In this document: one piece after another, positions 37,264 to 48,634 of the stretch
Layout of the letters: each line of letters starts with the position of its first letter
Numbering within the stretch: the first letter of the stretch is position 1
NCBI GenBank assembly: GCA_965208675.1
Contig: OZ242351.1
Span: 3,656,387-3,720,386 of the forward strand
Length of the DNA: 64,000 nt
Direction of reading: 5' to 3'
Origin: Candidatus Poribacteria bacterium
GTDB taxonomy: Bacteria; Poribacteria; WGA-4E; PCPOR2b
Position numbers and translations under genes: made by a program
The notes under the pieces: generated by a model
Seen by the model: the letters and a program-made list of their open reading frames with translations, nothing else
The model's database searches: none
What the model was told of the DNA's origin: nothing

Positions 37264-37743
37264 AAATCCTCCAAAAATGATTCAGAAATAGTAACAAAAA
37301 CCAGTTCTTGATTGAGACTGTCCGACGTTGATGAAGCCGAATCAATCGGAGCAAATCAAAATGGGGTTCTCAGACGAACATCTTTTATGACGCTGCGTTG
37401 AGCGGCAATGCCTACCAATTTAGAGATTTTGCAAACTTGCACTTCACTAAATTCAGGAAACGTTTACGCAATTATTCTAACAGAAACTGCGGCAAATACG
37501 CAAAGTATGAGCAAGTGTTATGCCAACTTTCAGACCGTGCCGAGTTACATGACGAAATCTACAATCGAACAACTAATGTGTTTGACTCAATACTTCACGA
37601 ATCGCTGAAACCGTGTACACCAAAGCATATCCATGCGATGCCACAATGCACTCAGGCAATATATTTAAACAATTAATGATGCTGAATAATTGAGCACTGC
37701 TGCTAAAGGTTTCAGCATTTTGAGCCGTTGCTGTAGTCGGCTG

Positions 37744-38319
37744 CTAACTAGTCAAATCTTCACCAAAACGGCTTGCTACCGGTTCAATCTGTCCTGCATA
37801 TTTGTTCCCCGGTTTCTGGCGATATGGCACTTTTGCAGGGGAAGATAACATTTCAAACGTAAACGCGCAAATCCTCATGCCAGGATAGAGTTTGACAGGC
37901 ATGCGTCCAAGATTACCAAGTTCTAAGGTTGCTGTGCCGACCCAACCCGGATCAAAAAGTCCTGCGGTGCTGTGAACAATAATGCCGATTCGACCAATGC
38001 TGCTTCTCCCTTCCAGCCGCGCCATCACGTCGTCCGCCAGTTCAAGGGTTTCGAGCGTCGCAGCAAGGACAAATTCATCCGGCTGTACGGTAAATGCGTC
38101 TCCGTCAGGCACCTCAACTTTGTGCATCAATCCATTAATGTCAATCCCAGATTGGAAATCAATATATGGATATTTGCTATGTTCAAATACACGAAATGTA
38201 TTTCCCAACCTAAAATCAACAGAACACGAACCCAAGTGTTTCGTGAGGTCCGGAGCAGGCGTAATTTTGATTTTCCCTTTCTCCAAATATCTTAAGATAT
38301 CCTGATCCGATAGAACCAT
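37744..38319 (-). CDS. dcd: dCTP deaminase
   Basis: 191 aa. MVLSDQDILRYLEKGKIKITP...GFRLGNTFRV...SSIGRIGIIVH. dUTPase-fold Dcd signature. Confidence 0.85.
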   Translation of the reverse strand: MVLSDQDILRYLEKGKIKITPAPDLTKHLGSCSVDFRLGNTFRVFEHSKYPYIDFQSGIDINGLMHKVEVPDGDAFTVQPDEFVLAATLETLELADDVMARLEGRSSIGRIGIIVHSTAGLFDPGWVGTATLELGNLGRMPVKLYPGMRICAFTFEMLSSPAKVPYRQKPGNKYAGQIEPVASRFGEDLTS

Positions 38320-38887
38320 TAGCGTTCCTCTGTATCAGCCGGTGTATCAACTGCGTGTCGGTTATCCAAAAAAACTCGGTGGTCTCATTTAGAAATTTTA
38401 CGCGCTTTATCTCCTGTCTAAATGAACATTGAGCATTAAACCGGATTTACGGCACGATAAGACTCAATTGCAACGCGGATTTCGAAGATTGTAAGCATGC
38501 TTTCACTCGGAAAGCTGATTTGGATGAGAAACATATTCCCATCATTTTCATCATTATATCAAATTTTAAAGCAAGTGTCACGTTTTTTTAATCGAAAGAG
38601 AAAACTCCAACCGTAATCATCTATAGGTATGAAGTCGAGGTGAATATGTATTGAATAAAGATGAAAGGATGGAATAGAAAGAAAGGAGTTCTTTCACCCC
38701 TGCCGAAGGCCGCGCTCGATTGGCGTTTAGGATAGTATGAAACTGTGCTTCACCAATTATTCACCACGTTTCCAAGGATCTGCTACCATTTCACTGTACT
38801 TTATATCGAAGCTGTGATAAACTTTTTTCATATTTCAGATCATTTAGATTAGTCGCGACAATCTCTGAATTATTCAGGAGGCAAATT

Positions 38888-39781
38888 ATGGCACATTCAG
38901 ATTACAAGATTGGCGTTGTTGGTACGGGTCGGATGGGGGGTAACATAGCACGCCATTTGCACGATGAAGGGTTTTCAATTGTTGCGGTGTTCGATGTTAT
39001 AGAAGCAGCAGCTAGGGTGCTCGCCGAGGAGATAGGTGCGGAGGCGGCTGATCGCCCGGCGCGAGTGACAGAACTCGCTGATTATATTATTACGGTTGTA
39101 ACCGATGATGATGCTATGCGGCAAATATTCTCGGAGTCAGATGAAGATAGCTTGCTCAATAGTGCAAAAGGCAAGCTATTTCTCAATTGCGCAACAATTT
39201 CACCGCAAGTTCATGTCGATGTTGAGAAACTCGCCGAAAAACGTGGTGCCCAGAGTTTGGAAGGCTGCATGGCAAGCAGTATCACGCAAGCACGTGAAGG
39301 AACGCTCTACCTGATGTGCGGCGGCAAAAGAGACGCCTTTGACAGAGCGAAACCGATTCTCGATTCGATGAGTGTAGCGCTCCGCTATGTCGGCGATGCT
39401 GGCCGAGCTGCGCAGGTAAAAGCCTTAGTCAATATGGTGATGAACATTAACACTGCCGCGCTTGCTGAAGGACTCGGACTTGGCGCCGCGCTCGGTCTCG
39501 ACTTGACTATGCTCCAAGAAGTCTTTGCTCAGACCGGTGCCAATTCGCGCGTACTGGAGACAGATGGCGAAGATATGGAAAATCGAGATCACGAATGCTA
39601 TTTCTCAGCGGCGCATGCCGCAAAGGATTCAGGGATTGCCCTTGAGCTTGCCAAAGCTGCTGGCTTAAATCTACCGCTCGCCGAAGCTACCAAGAAACAA
39701 TATGATAGGATGATTGAAATCGGTAAAGGAGAGTTAGATAAATCGGGCGTCGCCGAACTCACATTTCCCGGAAGGGGATAG
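38888..39781 (+). CDS. NAD(P)-dependent oxidoreductase, 3-hydroxyisobutyrate dehydrogenase family
   Basis: 297 aa. KIGVVGTGRMGGNIARHL Rossmann motif. 6PGD-like C-terminal domain. AGGAGG RBS. Confidence 0.8.
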   Translation: MAHSDYKIGVVGTGRMGGNIARHLHDEGFSIVAVFDVIEAAARVLAEEIGAEAADRPARVTELADYIITVVTDDDAMRQIFSESDEDSLLNSAKGKLFLNCATISPQVHVDVEKLAEKRGAQSLEGCMASSITQAREGTLYLMCGGKRDAFDRAKPILDSMSVALRYVGDAGRAAQVKALVNMVMNINTAALAEGLGLGAALGLDLTMLQEVFAQTGANSRVLETDGEDMENRDHECYFSAAHAAKDSGIALELAKAAGLNLPLAEATKKQYDRMIEIGKGELDKSGVAELTFPGRG

Positions 39782-40603
39782 GTAGAAAAAATATCATCAA
39801 TTCGATGGCAGGGCGGCACACACCATTTTGCTCTCATATTTACTTCCATTTGATGACCGAATGAAGCCGCAAATTTTAGGTTCATCTAAATCTCCGACCA
39901 TACTGAATTCTCGCAGTAGCAAGAGACCGTCCAATTGATTCTCGCAGAGACCGCCGAATTTAAGTATTTTTGACCTGATCAATTCGGTTATTTGAAACGT
40001 TCATCTCGACACACGATTTCCTTCATTTCAGTTACACGCCAAGCTGTTCTCAATTCGGGCTGAGAACTGTCCAAGAAATGATTTGCCCTTAAATTTTTGG
40101 ACTACATCTTATCGGCATTAAGACCGTACCTTTAATTTTGACTTGCTAGTTGTTGAGATTACCGTATTGTCGGTTTAGTGTCAAAGCGCAATCATACCTG
40201 CTCCATTTCCCGACGGATTTTTGCATTACACTTGGATTTGGAACGGAGTTTGAAACCGTTCCGAGACAGACCTTGCACATCGCCAAAAAGGTAATGATGA
40301 ACACTCTACCTCTCCTTTCCGCCCATTCTCACTGTTGCTTAACCGAGAGACGGGGTAACTCAATGCTTTTTTTGAAATAGATGGGGCCTGCCCCAATTTG
40401 CCGCCGAGATGCTTCCGCTCAGCGACGTGTACGTTGGATGCACTGTGGGGATATTTTTTCCAAGGGAAAAGAGAGTTATGGCGATATCACATTCATCGAT
40501 GTGACGGCGGCTTCTTTCATGTTTCTTAGGATGTTTCTAGTATTGATTGATATAGGGATTTGTGTTAAAATGGCGGTCTGCAAAGAAGTGAAGCGTATAT
40601 ATC

Positions 40604-41983
40604 TTGAGAAGGAATAACATGGCACCGAGGAAGAAACTGTTAAAATTGGGAGGCGGCTCGGCCTGTCCGGGAGAAAGGATTGAGCCAGCGGTAGAACTAG
40701 TCGAAAAGGGCGGGATTGACTACATTGTGTTTGATTCCCTTTCTGAAAGTGAGATGCTAGCTTTTGAAAGACACAAATTGAGCCACCCTGATGAGGGATT
40801 CGATATTTATACGGAGAGACGGCTCAGGGCAATCTGGCCCATTTGCGCCCGCAAAGGAATAAAAATTATAGGCAACATGGGAGCCGCAAATCCCAAAGCG
40901 GCGCAGGATTTAGCGATTAGGGTGGCACGAGAATTAGGGCTTGGCGGTGTGAAGGTTGCTGTGGTATTAGGTGATGATGTTCTTTCGCTCGTCAAAGAAC
41001 TCGATCTGAAGGTTAACGAGACTGAAAAGAGGGTCAGTGAATTCGGCGACAGACTCATTGCGGCGCATGCCTACATACCCGCGGACCCTGTCGTGGAGGC
41101 TCTTGAAGCCGGGGCAGATCTCGTTATGACGGGAAGGGTCGGCGATGCTTCATTGTATCTAGCGCCGATGATTTTTGAATTTGGCTGGCGTGAGGATGAG
41201 TGGGATTCATTCGCCAAGGGCATTATACTAGGGCACCTGTTTGAGTGCGCTGGACAGTTGACCGGCGGATATTTTGCAGATCCGCCATACAAGGTTGTTC
41301 CCAATCTTTATCGCTTGGGTTTCCCCATCGCGGAGGTCGCCCCAAATGGCGATGCCATTATAACGAAGGTTCCGGGGAGTGGCGGACTGGTGAGTCCGGC
41401 TACTTGCGCGGAGCAGATGTTATACGAGGTCGGTGATCCGGCCAGATACATTGAGGCGGATGTAATCTCGGATTTCAGTGATATGGGTTTTGAACAGATT
41501 GGTCCCGATAGAGTTGCAATCACCGGTGTTATCAAGGGAACCCCCAAACCCGAATTGCTGAAGGTCAACTTAGGCGTCAAAGACGGGTATAGAGCGGAAG
41601 GTACAATTTTCTACGCGGGCCCCGGTGCCTATGAAAGGGCTAAACTAGCTGCGGATATCATCAAAAAGCGGTTGGAGTTGATTTCGCATCTGAAGGCGGA
41701 TGCGTTACGGTTCGACCTGTTGGGAATCAATTCACTGTATGGCTCCTCCAATGAAAAACCAGAAAGTGTTCCGTGGGAAGTGGGGCTTCGCGTTGCAGGT
41801 AGAACTCGAGAAAGCGCTGAAGCTTGGAAGATAATGCATGAGCTAGAGACAATCGACAACAACGGTCCAGCTGCGATTGGCCGCGGCTTAAGGAAAGAGG
41901 ACGTTACTGAGATTCTTGGTTACTATTCAACGTTCATACCGCGGGTTAAGGTTAAGACTAAAGTCTTGATTGAGGAGGCATAG
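40604..41983 (+). CDS. AtuA-like (DUF1446) acyclic-terpene-utilisation family protein
   Basis: 459 aa. LKLGGGSACPGERIEPAVELVEKGGIDYIVFD N-terminal block is characteristic of DUF1446. Followed by its usual partner DUF4387. Confidence 0.6.
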   Translation: MRRNNMAPRKKLLKLGGGSACPGERIEPAVELVEKGGIDYIVFDSLSESEMLAFERHKLSHPDEGFDIYTERRLRAIWPICARKGIKIIGNMGAANPKAAQDLAIRVARELGLGGVKVAVVLGDDVLSLVKELDLKVNETEKRVSEFGDRLIAAHAYIPADPVVEALEAGADLVMTGRVGDASLYLAPMIFEFGWREDEWDSFAKGIILGHLFECAGQLTGGYFADPPYKVVPNLYRLGFPIAEVAPNGDAIITKVPGSGGLVSPATCAEQMLYEVGDPARYIEADVISDFSDMGFEQIGPDRVAITGVIKGTPKPELLKVNLGVKDGYRAEGTIFYAGPGAYERAKLAADIIKKRLELISHLKADALRFDLLGINSLYGSSNEKPESVPWEVGLRVAGRTRESAEAWKIMHELETIDNNGPAAIGRGLRKEDVTEILGYYSTFIPRVKVKTKVLIEEA

Positions 41984-41986
41984 CTC

Positions 41987-42307
41987 ATGGGGAAGGTCCA
42001 GCTGAGAGAAATCTGTCACGCAAGGTCCGGGGATAAGGGGAATACCGCGAACATCGGTCTGATTGTATATGATAAACAACACTATGAATTGATTAAAAGA
42101 GAAGTAACCACAGAACGGGTCAAGGTGTTTTTCCAAGGAACCGTGAAGGGCGAAGTGGAGAGATACGAACTGCCTCGGATGGGCGCACTCAACTTTGTGC
42201 TGCACCAGGCGTTGGATGGTGGATCCACCCGAACTCTCTCGTTCGATGTTTGTGGAAAAGCGCTGAGTTCCGTGCTTTTAAGTCTTATAATTGAAACTTC
42301 GGATTAA
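41987..42307 (+). CDS. DUF4387-family small protein (AtuA partner)
   Basis: 106 aa. LREICHARSGDKGNTANIGLIVYD. Gene order is conserved with DUF1446. Confidence 0.55.
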   Translation: MGKVQLREICHARSGDKGNTANIGLIVYDKQHYELIKREVTTERVKVFFQGTVKGEVERYELPRMGALNFVLHQALDGGSTRTLSFDVCGKALSSVLLSLIIETSD

Positions 42308-42340
42308 CCCGCATTAAATGGAATCACCAAGCTTTATGCT

Positions 42341-43432
42341 ATGGGAGGTACAGCAATGAAATTGGGTATGTTCATGATGCCCTTACATCCACCGGAAAAA
42401 GACCGAACTGAATGTTTTGAGGAAGATATCGAACTGGTAGTTCATGCCGACGAGCTCGGATTCACCGATGTCTGGGTTGGTCAGCACCACTCGGCTGCTT
42501 GGGAACCCATACCTGCCAACGACATGTTCATTGCCCACATGCTACCGCTCACTAAGAACATCCGTTTTGGTCCGGGCGTGGTAATTGTACCCCACCATCA
42601 TCCAGTCAATGTAGCAGTTCGTATTGCATACCTAGATCACTTAGCGCGCGGTCGTTTGAATTGCGGCTTTGGTCAAAGTGGCGTGCCGACCGATTGGGAA
42701 TTGTTCGATTTGCCGGATCCAAGGACGCAGGGTCTGATGACGCTTGAGGGAATTGATATGGTCCTCAAATTATGGCAAGCGGAGGCGCCGTTCGATTTCA
42801 AGGGGGAATTCTGGCGCATCCGAATCGAAAACCCAAATCCTGAAGTTGCCCTAGGGTCAATGCTTAAACCGTATCAGAAGCCCCACCCGCCAATCGCGAT
42901 GAGCGTAGTTAAGGGAACGTCGATGGGAGCCCGAACGGCGGGTGAGCGCGGTTATATCCCGGTGAGCACAAATGTCGTACCGGCGGCTACGGTTGCCCAG
43001 CATTGGCAAACCTACTGCGCTGGCGCTGAAGGCGCCGGCCAACCGGCCCCTGACCGATCCATTTGGGGTGTATCACGCAGCATTTTCGTGGGGGAATCCA
43101 AAAAGGAAGCTTGGGACTTCGCGGTGAACAGCACATTCGGCCGTTCATGGGACTACATGATTAAGATTGTCAGGGCGGCGAACCTGTTGGACATTATGAA
43201 AATGCATCCAGACATGCCCGATGATGAGGTCACACCGGAATACGTCCTAAAGAACATTTGTATTATCGGTGATGTAGCGGAATGCGTTCGGCAGTTGGAA
43301 GATTTATGGGATGTGACCGGCGGTTTTGGTACACTGCTGATGATTGCCCACGACTGGGACGACAAAGCGAGATGGATGCAATCCATGAAGTTGCTGGCGG
43401 ATGAGGTCGTACCCGCATTACCATCGGTCTAA
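42341..43432 (+). CDS. LLM-class flavin-dependent oxidoreductase (luciferase-like monooxygenase)
   Basis: 363 aa. MKLGMFMMPLH...ELGFTDVWVGQHH TIM-barrel LLM signature. Confidence 0.8.
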   Translation: MGGTAMKLGMFMMPLHPPEKDRTECFEEDIELVVHADELGFTDVWVGQHHSAAWEPIPANDMFIAHMLPLTKNIRFGPGVVIVPHHHPVNVAVRIAYLDHLARGRLNCGFGQSGVPTDWELFDLPDPRTQGLMTLEGIDMVLKLWQAEAPFDFKGEFWRIRIENPNPEVALGSMLKPYQKPHPPIAMSVVKGTSMGARTAGERGYIPVSTNVVPAATVAQHWQTYCAGAEGAGQPAPDRSIWGVSRSIFVGESKKEAWDFAVNSTFGRSWDYMIKIVRAANLLDIMKMHPDMPDDEVTPEYVLKNICIIGDVAECVRQLEDLWDVTGGFGTLLMIAHDWDDKARWMQSMKLLADEVVPALPSV

Positions 43433-43565
43433 ATCCATTTTATTGCTGTTTGCGTCGTTTGAGAAGCCTCACCGCGAATCTCCGAATGGCACTTCAGAAG
43501 CATTGAAGACGACATGTAAACTTTAAGGTTTCAATCCTAAATTACCATAAATCCTGGCGAAGGAG

Positions 43566-44072
43566 GTGTTTGGCATGGCGTTTGACTCGAAGTTGCAGCG
43601 GCAAATCATGGGCTGCTTTGCAACGGGCGTCACGGTGGTGACAACGAGATGCGGCGACCACATCACCGGTATGACAGCAAACGCCATCATGTCTTTGTCG
43701 TTGGAACCGCCGCGCATCGTCGTTTCCGTTGACAAGTTGAGTCACATGCATGAATCGCTTTTGCAGGGCAAATGCTTCGCGATCAATGTGCTGCGGGCAG
43801 ATCAGGAGGCTACTTCTCGCCAGTTTGCAATGCCAGGACCGAAAGACTTTTCCGGATTGCCGCTAACGGTGGCGGAGACCGGGGCACCAGTTTTGGTTGA
43901 AGCACTCGCGTTTGTGGATTGCCGGCTCGTCGAGATTCTATCGGGCGGCGATCACGATATGTTCCTCGGTGAACCCGTTGTCGGTGAGGCGCGTGATGGC
44001 GAGCCGCTTATATTTTACGGCGGAGGTTACACGCAGCTAGCGCTATCAAGCGGGCAAGAGGGGAATCCATGA
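43566..44072 (+). CDS. Flavin reductase family protein (NAD(P)H-FMN reductase, HpaC-like)
   Basis: 168 aa. FATGVTVVTTRCGDHITGMTANAIMSLSLEPPRIVVSV. Confidence 0.8.
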   Translation: MFGMAFDSKLQRQIMGCFATGVTVVTTRCGDHITGMTANAIMSLSLEPPRIVVSVDKLSHMHESLLQGKCFAINVLRADQEATSRQFAMPGPKDFSGLPLTVAETGAPVLVEALAFVDCRLVEILSGGDHDMFLGEPVVGEARDGEPLIFYGGGYTQLALSSGQEGNP

Positions 44073-44479
44073 ATCCCAAGCTTTGGAATATCGGCTTGAA
44101 AATTGACGAGCTAGATTCGGAAATCGGTTTTATGAAAGCGATTGGCGCCAAACTCCGGTATCGTGAAACTCGGACCAAGCCAAAGGGAGGGAAATACAAT
44201 ACCGCACTGCTTGAGTTCGGTGGAACCCGTGCTTTTCTTGTCGATGAACCGGTTTTCGAACACAAACTCAAACATCAACTCACCCCCGGGTTGACCCATA
44301 TTGTGTTTGAGGTTGATAACCTTGCAGAAGCCTACCAACGGATAACCAGTCTCGGTGCAAGAGTACTTATCGAGCCAAAACAGGTCAGTGGCGGGTATGG
44401 GTCACGCCGCATCGCCTTTTTCCAATCCCCCAATGGCCTAGTCTTCGAGATGATTCAAATCCTAGAAGCTAAGGTGTGA
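44069..44479 (+). CDS. VOC (glyoxalase/bleomycin-resistance/dioxygenase) family protein
   Basis: 136 aa. THIVFEVDNLAEAYQRITSLGARVLIEPKQ...GLVFEMIQ. Start overlaps the stop of the flavin reductase by 4 nt. Confidence 0.7.
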   Translation: MNPKLWNIGLKIDELDSEIGFMKAIGAKLRYRETRTKPKGGKYNTALLEFGGTRAFLVDEPVFEHKLKHQLTPGLTHIVFEVDNLAEAYQRITSLGARVLIEPKQVSGGYGSRRIAFFQSPNGLVFEMIQILEAKV

Positions 44480-44492
44480 AACTACCGCAGGT

Positions 44493-46262
44493 TTATTGTT
44501 CCCTTAAACCCATACCTTCCGTAGCGGTTAGGAATCGATTTCCCCGGACATTTTCAAATCGCTCTACAAACCCACTGGGCCAGCGAATCTCTACCAAATC
44601 TGCCATATCGGACTGGCCAAGCCCAAAGTGTAATCGCATATCGCTATGCGAAGGGTAACTGCCCCCGCTTTTAACTTCTCTGATTTGTGAATTACCGCCC
44701 ACCACGACCTTTATCCGGGTCCCAATTCCATCGCGGTTACTTTGCACACCAACTGTTGTAAATGAAAGCCAGTGGTTCAGATGAGCGCTGTCATTTCGCA
44801 GGAGATTAGGCGGCTGATGACAATTAGTGACTAAAACATCAATATCTCCATCATTATCATAGTCGCCAAAAGCTGCGCCGCGACTCACCTTCTTCAAAAG
44901 CAACCCTTCGCCGGATTGATTGGATACATCCTCAAATGTAATATTGCCCGTGTTCCTGAAAAGTTGGTTTTGCTGGGCATAGGTGAGGTTAGGATTGATT
45001 AGATGAATGTTATCGTTCAAGTCTCCCGTGGCGATAAAGAGATCTACCAATCCGTCGTTATCAAAGTCTGCGAAATCTGCTCCCCAAGATAGCCGCATGA
45101 GTGTTTGGGCACCGATTCCAGAACGATATGTGATATCTGCAAACAGCCCATTCCGATCGCTGCGGTAGACGGCGTTAGGTTCACCGCTGAAATTCGTAAC
45201 GACGAGATCGAACCACCCGTCGTTGTCGATATCGCCAAATACCGGCGCCATGCTGCTATATGCGCTACCGGTTTCATCGACCGCAACCCCGCTAAATAAG
45301 GCGACTTCAGTGAACACGCCATTGCCCTGATTCCTATAAAGCCAGTCGGCTTCTAAGTCGTTTGCCACAAACAAATCGAGGTCATGGTCGTTATCGTAGT
45401 CGCACCAGACAATTCCCATTCCTTTACCGTTTGGGTTAAACACACCGGCTTGGCGGGTTACGTCCGTGAATGTACCGTCGCCATTGTTTTGGTAAAGTAC
45501 ACTCGGCGTCCCCTCAAAGTTTTTAGGCGAACAATATGTTCGCACGTTAAACTCACCGCACTGGGGATTGTCCTCCAGTTCAAACGCAACATAATTCGCG
45601 ACATACAGGTCCAGGTCACTATCATTATCATAATCGGCAAAAGCAGCAGAAGCTCCCCACAGGGTGTCACCCACTCCTGCCTGAACTGTTACATCAGTGA
45701 AGGTGCCATCACGGTTGTTGTGATAGAGTACGTTTGGGCCAAAATTAGCGACATAAAGATCTGGAAAGCCGTCATTGTCGAAATCTCCCACGGCGCAACT
45801 GAAACCATAACTGCCATCGCCCACTCCTGCCTGAACTGTTACATCTGAGAAGGTGCCATCGCCATTATTGCGATAAAGTGCGTTTGTTGGCGGCACAACG
45901 GAGTGCATGCCTGGTAGGTCTGCCCCGTTCACGAAATAGATGTCTATATCTCCATCCCGATCATAATCGAACCATGCCGCACCAGCTCCAATGGGCTCGA
46001 GATAATACTTCGCGCCGCTGCGTCCATCTTCATGCTTAAATTGAACGCCGGCTTCAGATGTGACCTCGCTAAATTTTAGTTCGGCCCGCGTTGGCAGAAC
46101 GGAACACCGAAAGAGCAGAACGCAAATCAAAAAATGTACCGCGGTTTGTAGTATGTACCGCGTAGCAGTTAAAGCAGCGCACGGATGATTTTGTTTCTTC
46201 TCCCTCTGTTCCTTGTGTACACAATTCACAACTGTAACGAATCCTTCCCTTCGTTTCGACAT
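44493..46262 (-). CDS. CRTAC1-family protein (FG-GAP/VCBS repeats plus ASPIC/UnbV C-terminal domain)
   Basis: 589 aa. Signal/TM at N-terminus. Repeated ...DYDNDGDxDLYVAN...GDGTFTDVT... calcium-binding propeller units. C-terminal VEIRWPSGFVERFENVRGNRFLTATEG, the UnbV/ASPIC motif. Confidence 0.75.
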   Translation of the reverse strand: MSKRREGFVTVVNCVHKEQREKKQNHPCAALTATRYILQTAVHFLICVLLFRCSVLPTRAELKFSEVTSEAGVQFKHEDGRSGAKYYLEPIGAGAAWFDYDRDGDIDIYFVNGADLPGMHSVVPPTNALYRNNGDGTFSDVTVQAGVGDGSYGFSCAVGDFDNDGFPDLYVANFGPNVLYHNNRDGTFTDVTVQAGVGDTLWGASAAFADYDNDSDLDLYVANYVAFELEDNPQCGEFNVRTYCSPKNFEGTPSVLYQNNGDGTFTDVTRQAGVFNPNGKGMGIVWCDYDNDHDLDLFVANDLEADWLYRNQGNGVFTEVALFSGVAVDETGSAYSSMAPVFGDIDNDGWFDLVVTNFSGEPNAVYRSDRNGLFADITYRSGIGAQTLMRLSWGADFADFDNDGLVDLFIATGDLNDNIHLINPNLTYAQQNQLFRNTGNITFEDVSNQSGEGLLLKKVSRGAAFGDYDNDGDIDVLVTNCHQPPNLLRNDSAHLNHWLSFTTVGVQSNRDGIGTRIKVVVGGNSQIREVKSGGSYPSHSDMRLHFGLGQSDMADLVEIRWPSGFVERFENVRGNRFLTATEGMGLREQ

Positions 46263-46778
46263 CTGCCAATTTCGATTTCGTTCTCATGCATCCTTCCATA
46301 CTTCCTATCTGTTTTTCGGTGATTGGAGGGGTAAAACCTGCTTCGGCTTTGAGGCGAGATTATAACAATCGTATTCTTAGTTGTCAAGGTATGGTGAGGA
46401 GCAAATAATTTGCCCCTAGGGACGGGTACAGAGTGATGAAACTCCCTTAAAATGGACTTTCTTTTCAGAATGGCATCAGGTATACTTTTATAATAACGTC
46501 TTTTCTCCGTTCCTCTGCAGACTGCATGACTGAGCCACCAAAGCCCTGTGGAGCCCAGATGATGGTATCTTGCGTTTCCTAACAGCCAAGTAAAACAGAT
46601 TAGCGTCCTGTCTCGAGAACGTCAAGCAATTCCAAGTCGTAGTGCTTCGCGTGAGATTGAACGAATCGTTAATTCACCTGCCATCAGTATCAAGCGCCTG
46701 AATTCTGTTTCTGTTGTGGCAGAGTCATCTTATAACTGCTTCAACCCGTCGGCGCAGGGGTGAAAGGATTTGTGAATC

Positions 46779-48149
46779 TTGAAGGTCTGGCGAATGAAGA
46801 GAACACAATTGCGAGCTGTCGTGCTAACGTGGACGGTGGTAGGACTTTTCGTTGGTTCGACGATCTCAGAAGCGAGTGTAGCATACATTATTCAGGAAGG
46901 AAATACGATGGCCAAGACCAGGATTAAAGTCGCACGATCGCCTAATCTCCTAGATAACCGTATTGGCGGGGATTACGGCAGCGATCCCAATGTAACCGAA
47001 CACATCTTTGATTTAGGACTCAAATGGGTTCGACTGGGATTCTGGAACAGCGGACTTAACTGGCAACGGGTTCGCAGGGCGCCGGGAAGCTATGCAATCG
47101 ACACAGCGCCGGATAATTTTGTGACCGATCTCGCTGAAGGCGGTATAACGGTTGTAATGACGATGAGTGTAGGCGATGGTCGGTCGCGCGGGGACGATAT
47201 GTGGCGAATAACACCGTCAGCACTGGACGACTACCGAGAATACGTGCGAACGCTCGTTCAACACTTCAAAGACCGCGTCCAGTATTTCGAGATTTGGAAC
47301 GAACCAGATACCGGTACTAATTGGGGCCGCATTCCTCCAATTGACTATGCGAGACTTGTTAGGCATGTTGCTCCGGTGATACGCAAAGAGGCGCCAGAAG
47401 CCAAGATTGTCATCGGCGCAATCGGCGGCTGGTGGCAGCCGAAATTCCCTGGATATGGGGACGCAAGCCGCTACACGCTTCACCGAGAATACTTGGAAGA
47501 AGTGCTCTGCTCCGGCATTGCTCCGCTCGTTGATGTAATCTCTTGGCATCCGTTTTACGGACATCGACCGGACGATCCTTACTACCAGAATTACACTAAG
47601 ATGGTTGGGGAAATACGGCGTCTGGCGGCCGTTCAGGGATTTAAAGGGGAATACCTTGTAGAAGAAGCGTTATGGCGTGTCGAGAGCGCCGATGAACCAC
47701 AGGGGCCAGTGTCCGCCATAGTTTCCGCCAAATACATCGCACGTACCATAGTAATGCACCGGGGCCTTGACATGACGGTAACCGTAAGCGGCATGTTTCC
47801 GGGCAAATGCCCCGACGTGACGCGGCGCCTGTGCACAATCCTTGCGGGTGCTGAAGCGGATGATTTCCCGGTTGTGTTGCATACCGAGTCGTCTGAGGTT
47901 GTCTATTACGGATTTCAACTGCCAAATGGCGATCGACTGATAGCCCTGTGGTCAAATGGAGTAGCGGTGGACGACGACTCCGGCATAGTTGCCGATATTA
48001 CGTGCCAGGTGGCTGTTAGCGGCGCAATCGGGTTGGACGTGCTGCACGGATACCAACAAGACTTGGATATTGAAAGCGGGGTAAAAAACACTCGAATTCG
48101 CGGTTTGTATGTACCCGATTATCCGATGCTCATCCGGCTGCAAAGATAA
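46779..48149 (+). CDS. Glycoside hydrolase, clan GH-A TIM barrel (GH5/GH39-like)
   Basis: 456 aa. Signal-like N-terminus. Acid/base strand-4 motif YFEIWNEPD. Family-level call only. Confidence 0.5.
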   Translation: MKVWRMKRTQLRAVVLTWTVVGLFVGSTISEASVAYIIQEGNTMAKTRIKVARSPNLLDNRIGGDYGSDPNVTEHIFDLGLKWVRLGFWNSGLNWQRVRRAPGSYAIDTAPDNFVTDLAEGGITVVMTMSVGDGRSRGDDMWRITPSALDDYREYVRTLVQHFKDRVQYFEIWNEPDTGTNWGRIPPIDYARLVRHVAPVIRKEAPEAKIVIGAIGGWWQPKFPGYGDASRYTLHREYLEEVLCSGIAPLVDVISWHPFYGHRPDDPYYQNYTKMVGEIRRLAAVQGFKGEYLVEEALWRVESADEPQGPVSAIVSAKYIARTIVMHRGLDMTVTVSGMFPGKCPDVTRRLCTILAGAEADDFPVVLHTESSEVVYYGFQLPNGDRLIALWSNGVAVDDDSGIVADITCQVAVSGAIGLDVLHGYQQDLDIESGVKNTRIRGLYVPDYPMLIRLQR

Positions 48150-48634
48150 CAGGGTTTCCGTCGCACGTTTAGACATTTTTAGGACGATAGTTTTATTCAA
48201 CAGTAGGTGAAGTTCTTTACCTTTCCTTCTGACATTGTAATTCCTCATCCGATGCCGTATCAGTCTGCGATCGAATCGTGGTTACATCCCTGTATTGTCG
48301 AAAAATGGATCCACCATTGTTTTACTCATTTCCCATTGGCGGAGCTGAACAGTCTTCAGCTAGCCACGGAAATCTATTGACAACTCGTAAGGATTTGTGT
48401 TACTGTTACCCACGTTGCTACCTACCGAAAGTTCCTGACATTCTTGGGCGTTTCTTTTGTCCTAGCTGTGTACCGATTTGATGGCATTAACCGAACTGGG
48501 TCGGACATGCAGAATAGTCTACTTTTAGGAAGTTGCAACCTGATATATAAAGGGAAATGTCGGTTTTACAAACAGCGAAAGCGGCTTCGATTCGGAGTCT
48601 CGCCTAACTTCGACAAAGATGGGAGTCTTATTGG

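Noticed and set aside
37398-37676. 92-aa ORF in the glnA upstream region
   Set aside because: It lies in the expected glnA regulatory region. The product has no motifs and unusual composition. Probably non-coding.
45384-45848. 154-aa plus-strand ORF within the CRTAC1-like gene
   Set aside because: Antisense to a strongly supported FG-GAP/ASPIC gene. The repetitive Ile/Val-rich product mirrors the repeat structure of the sense strand.
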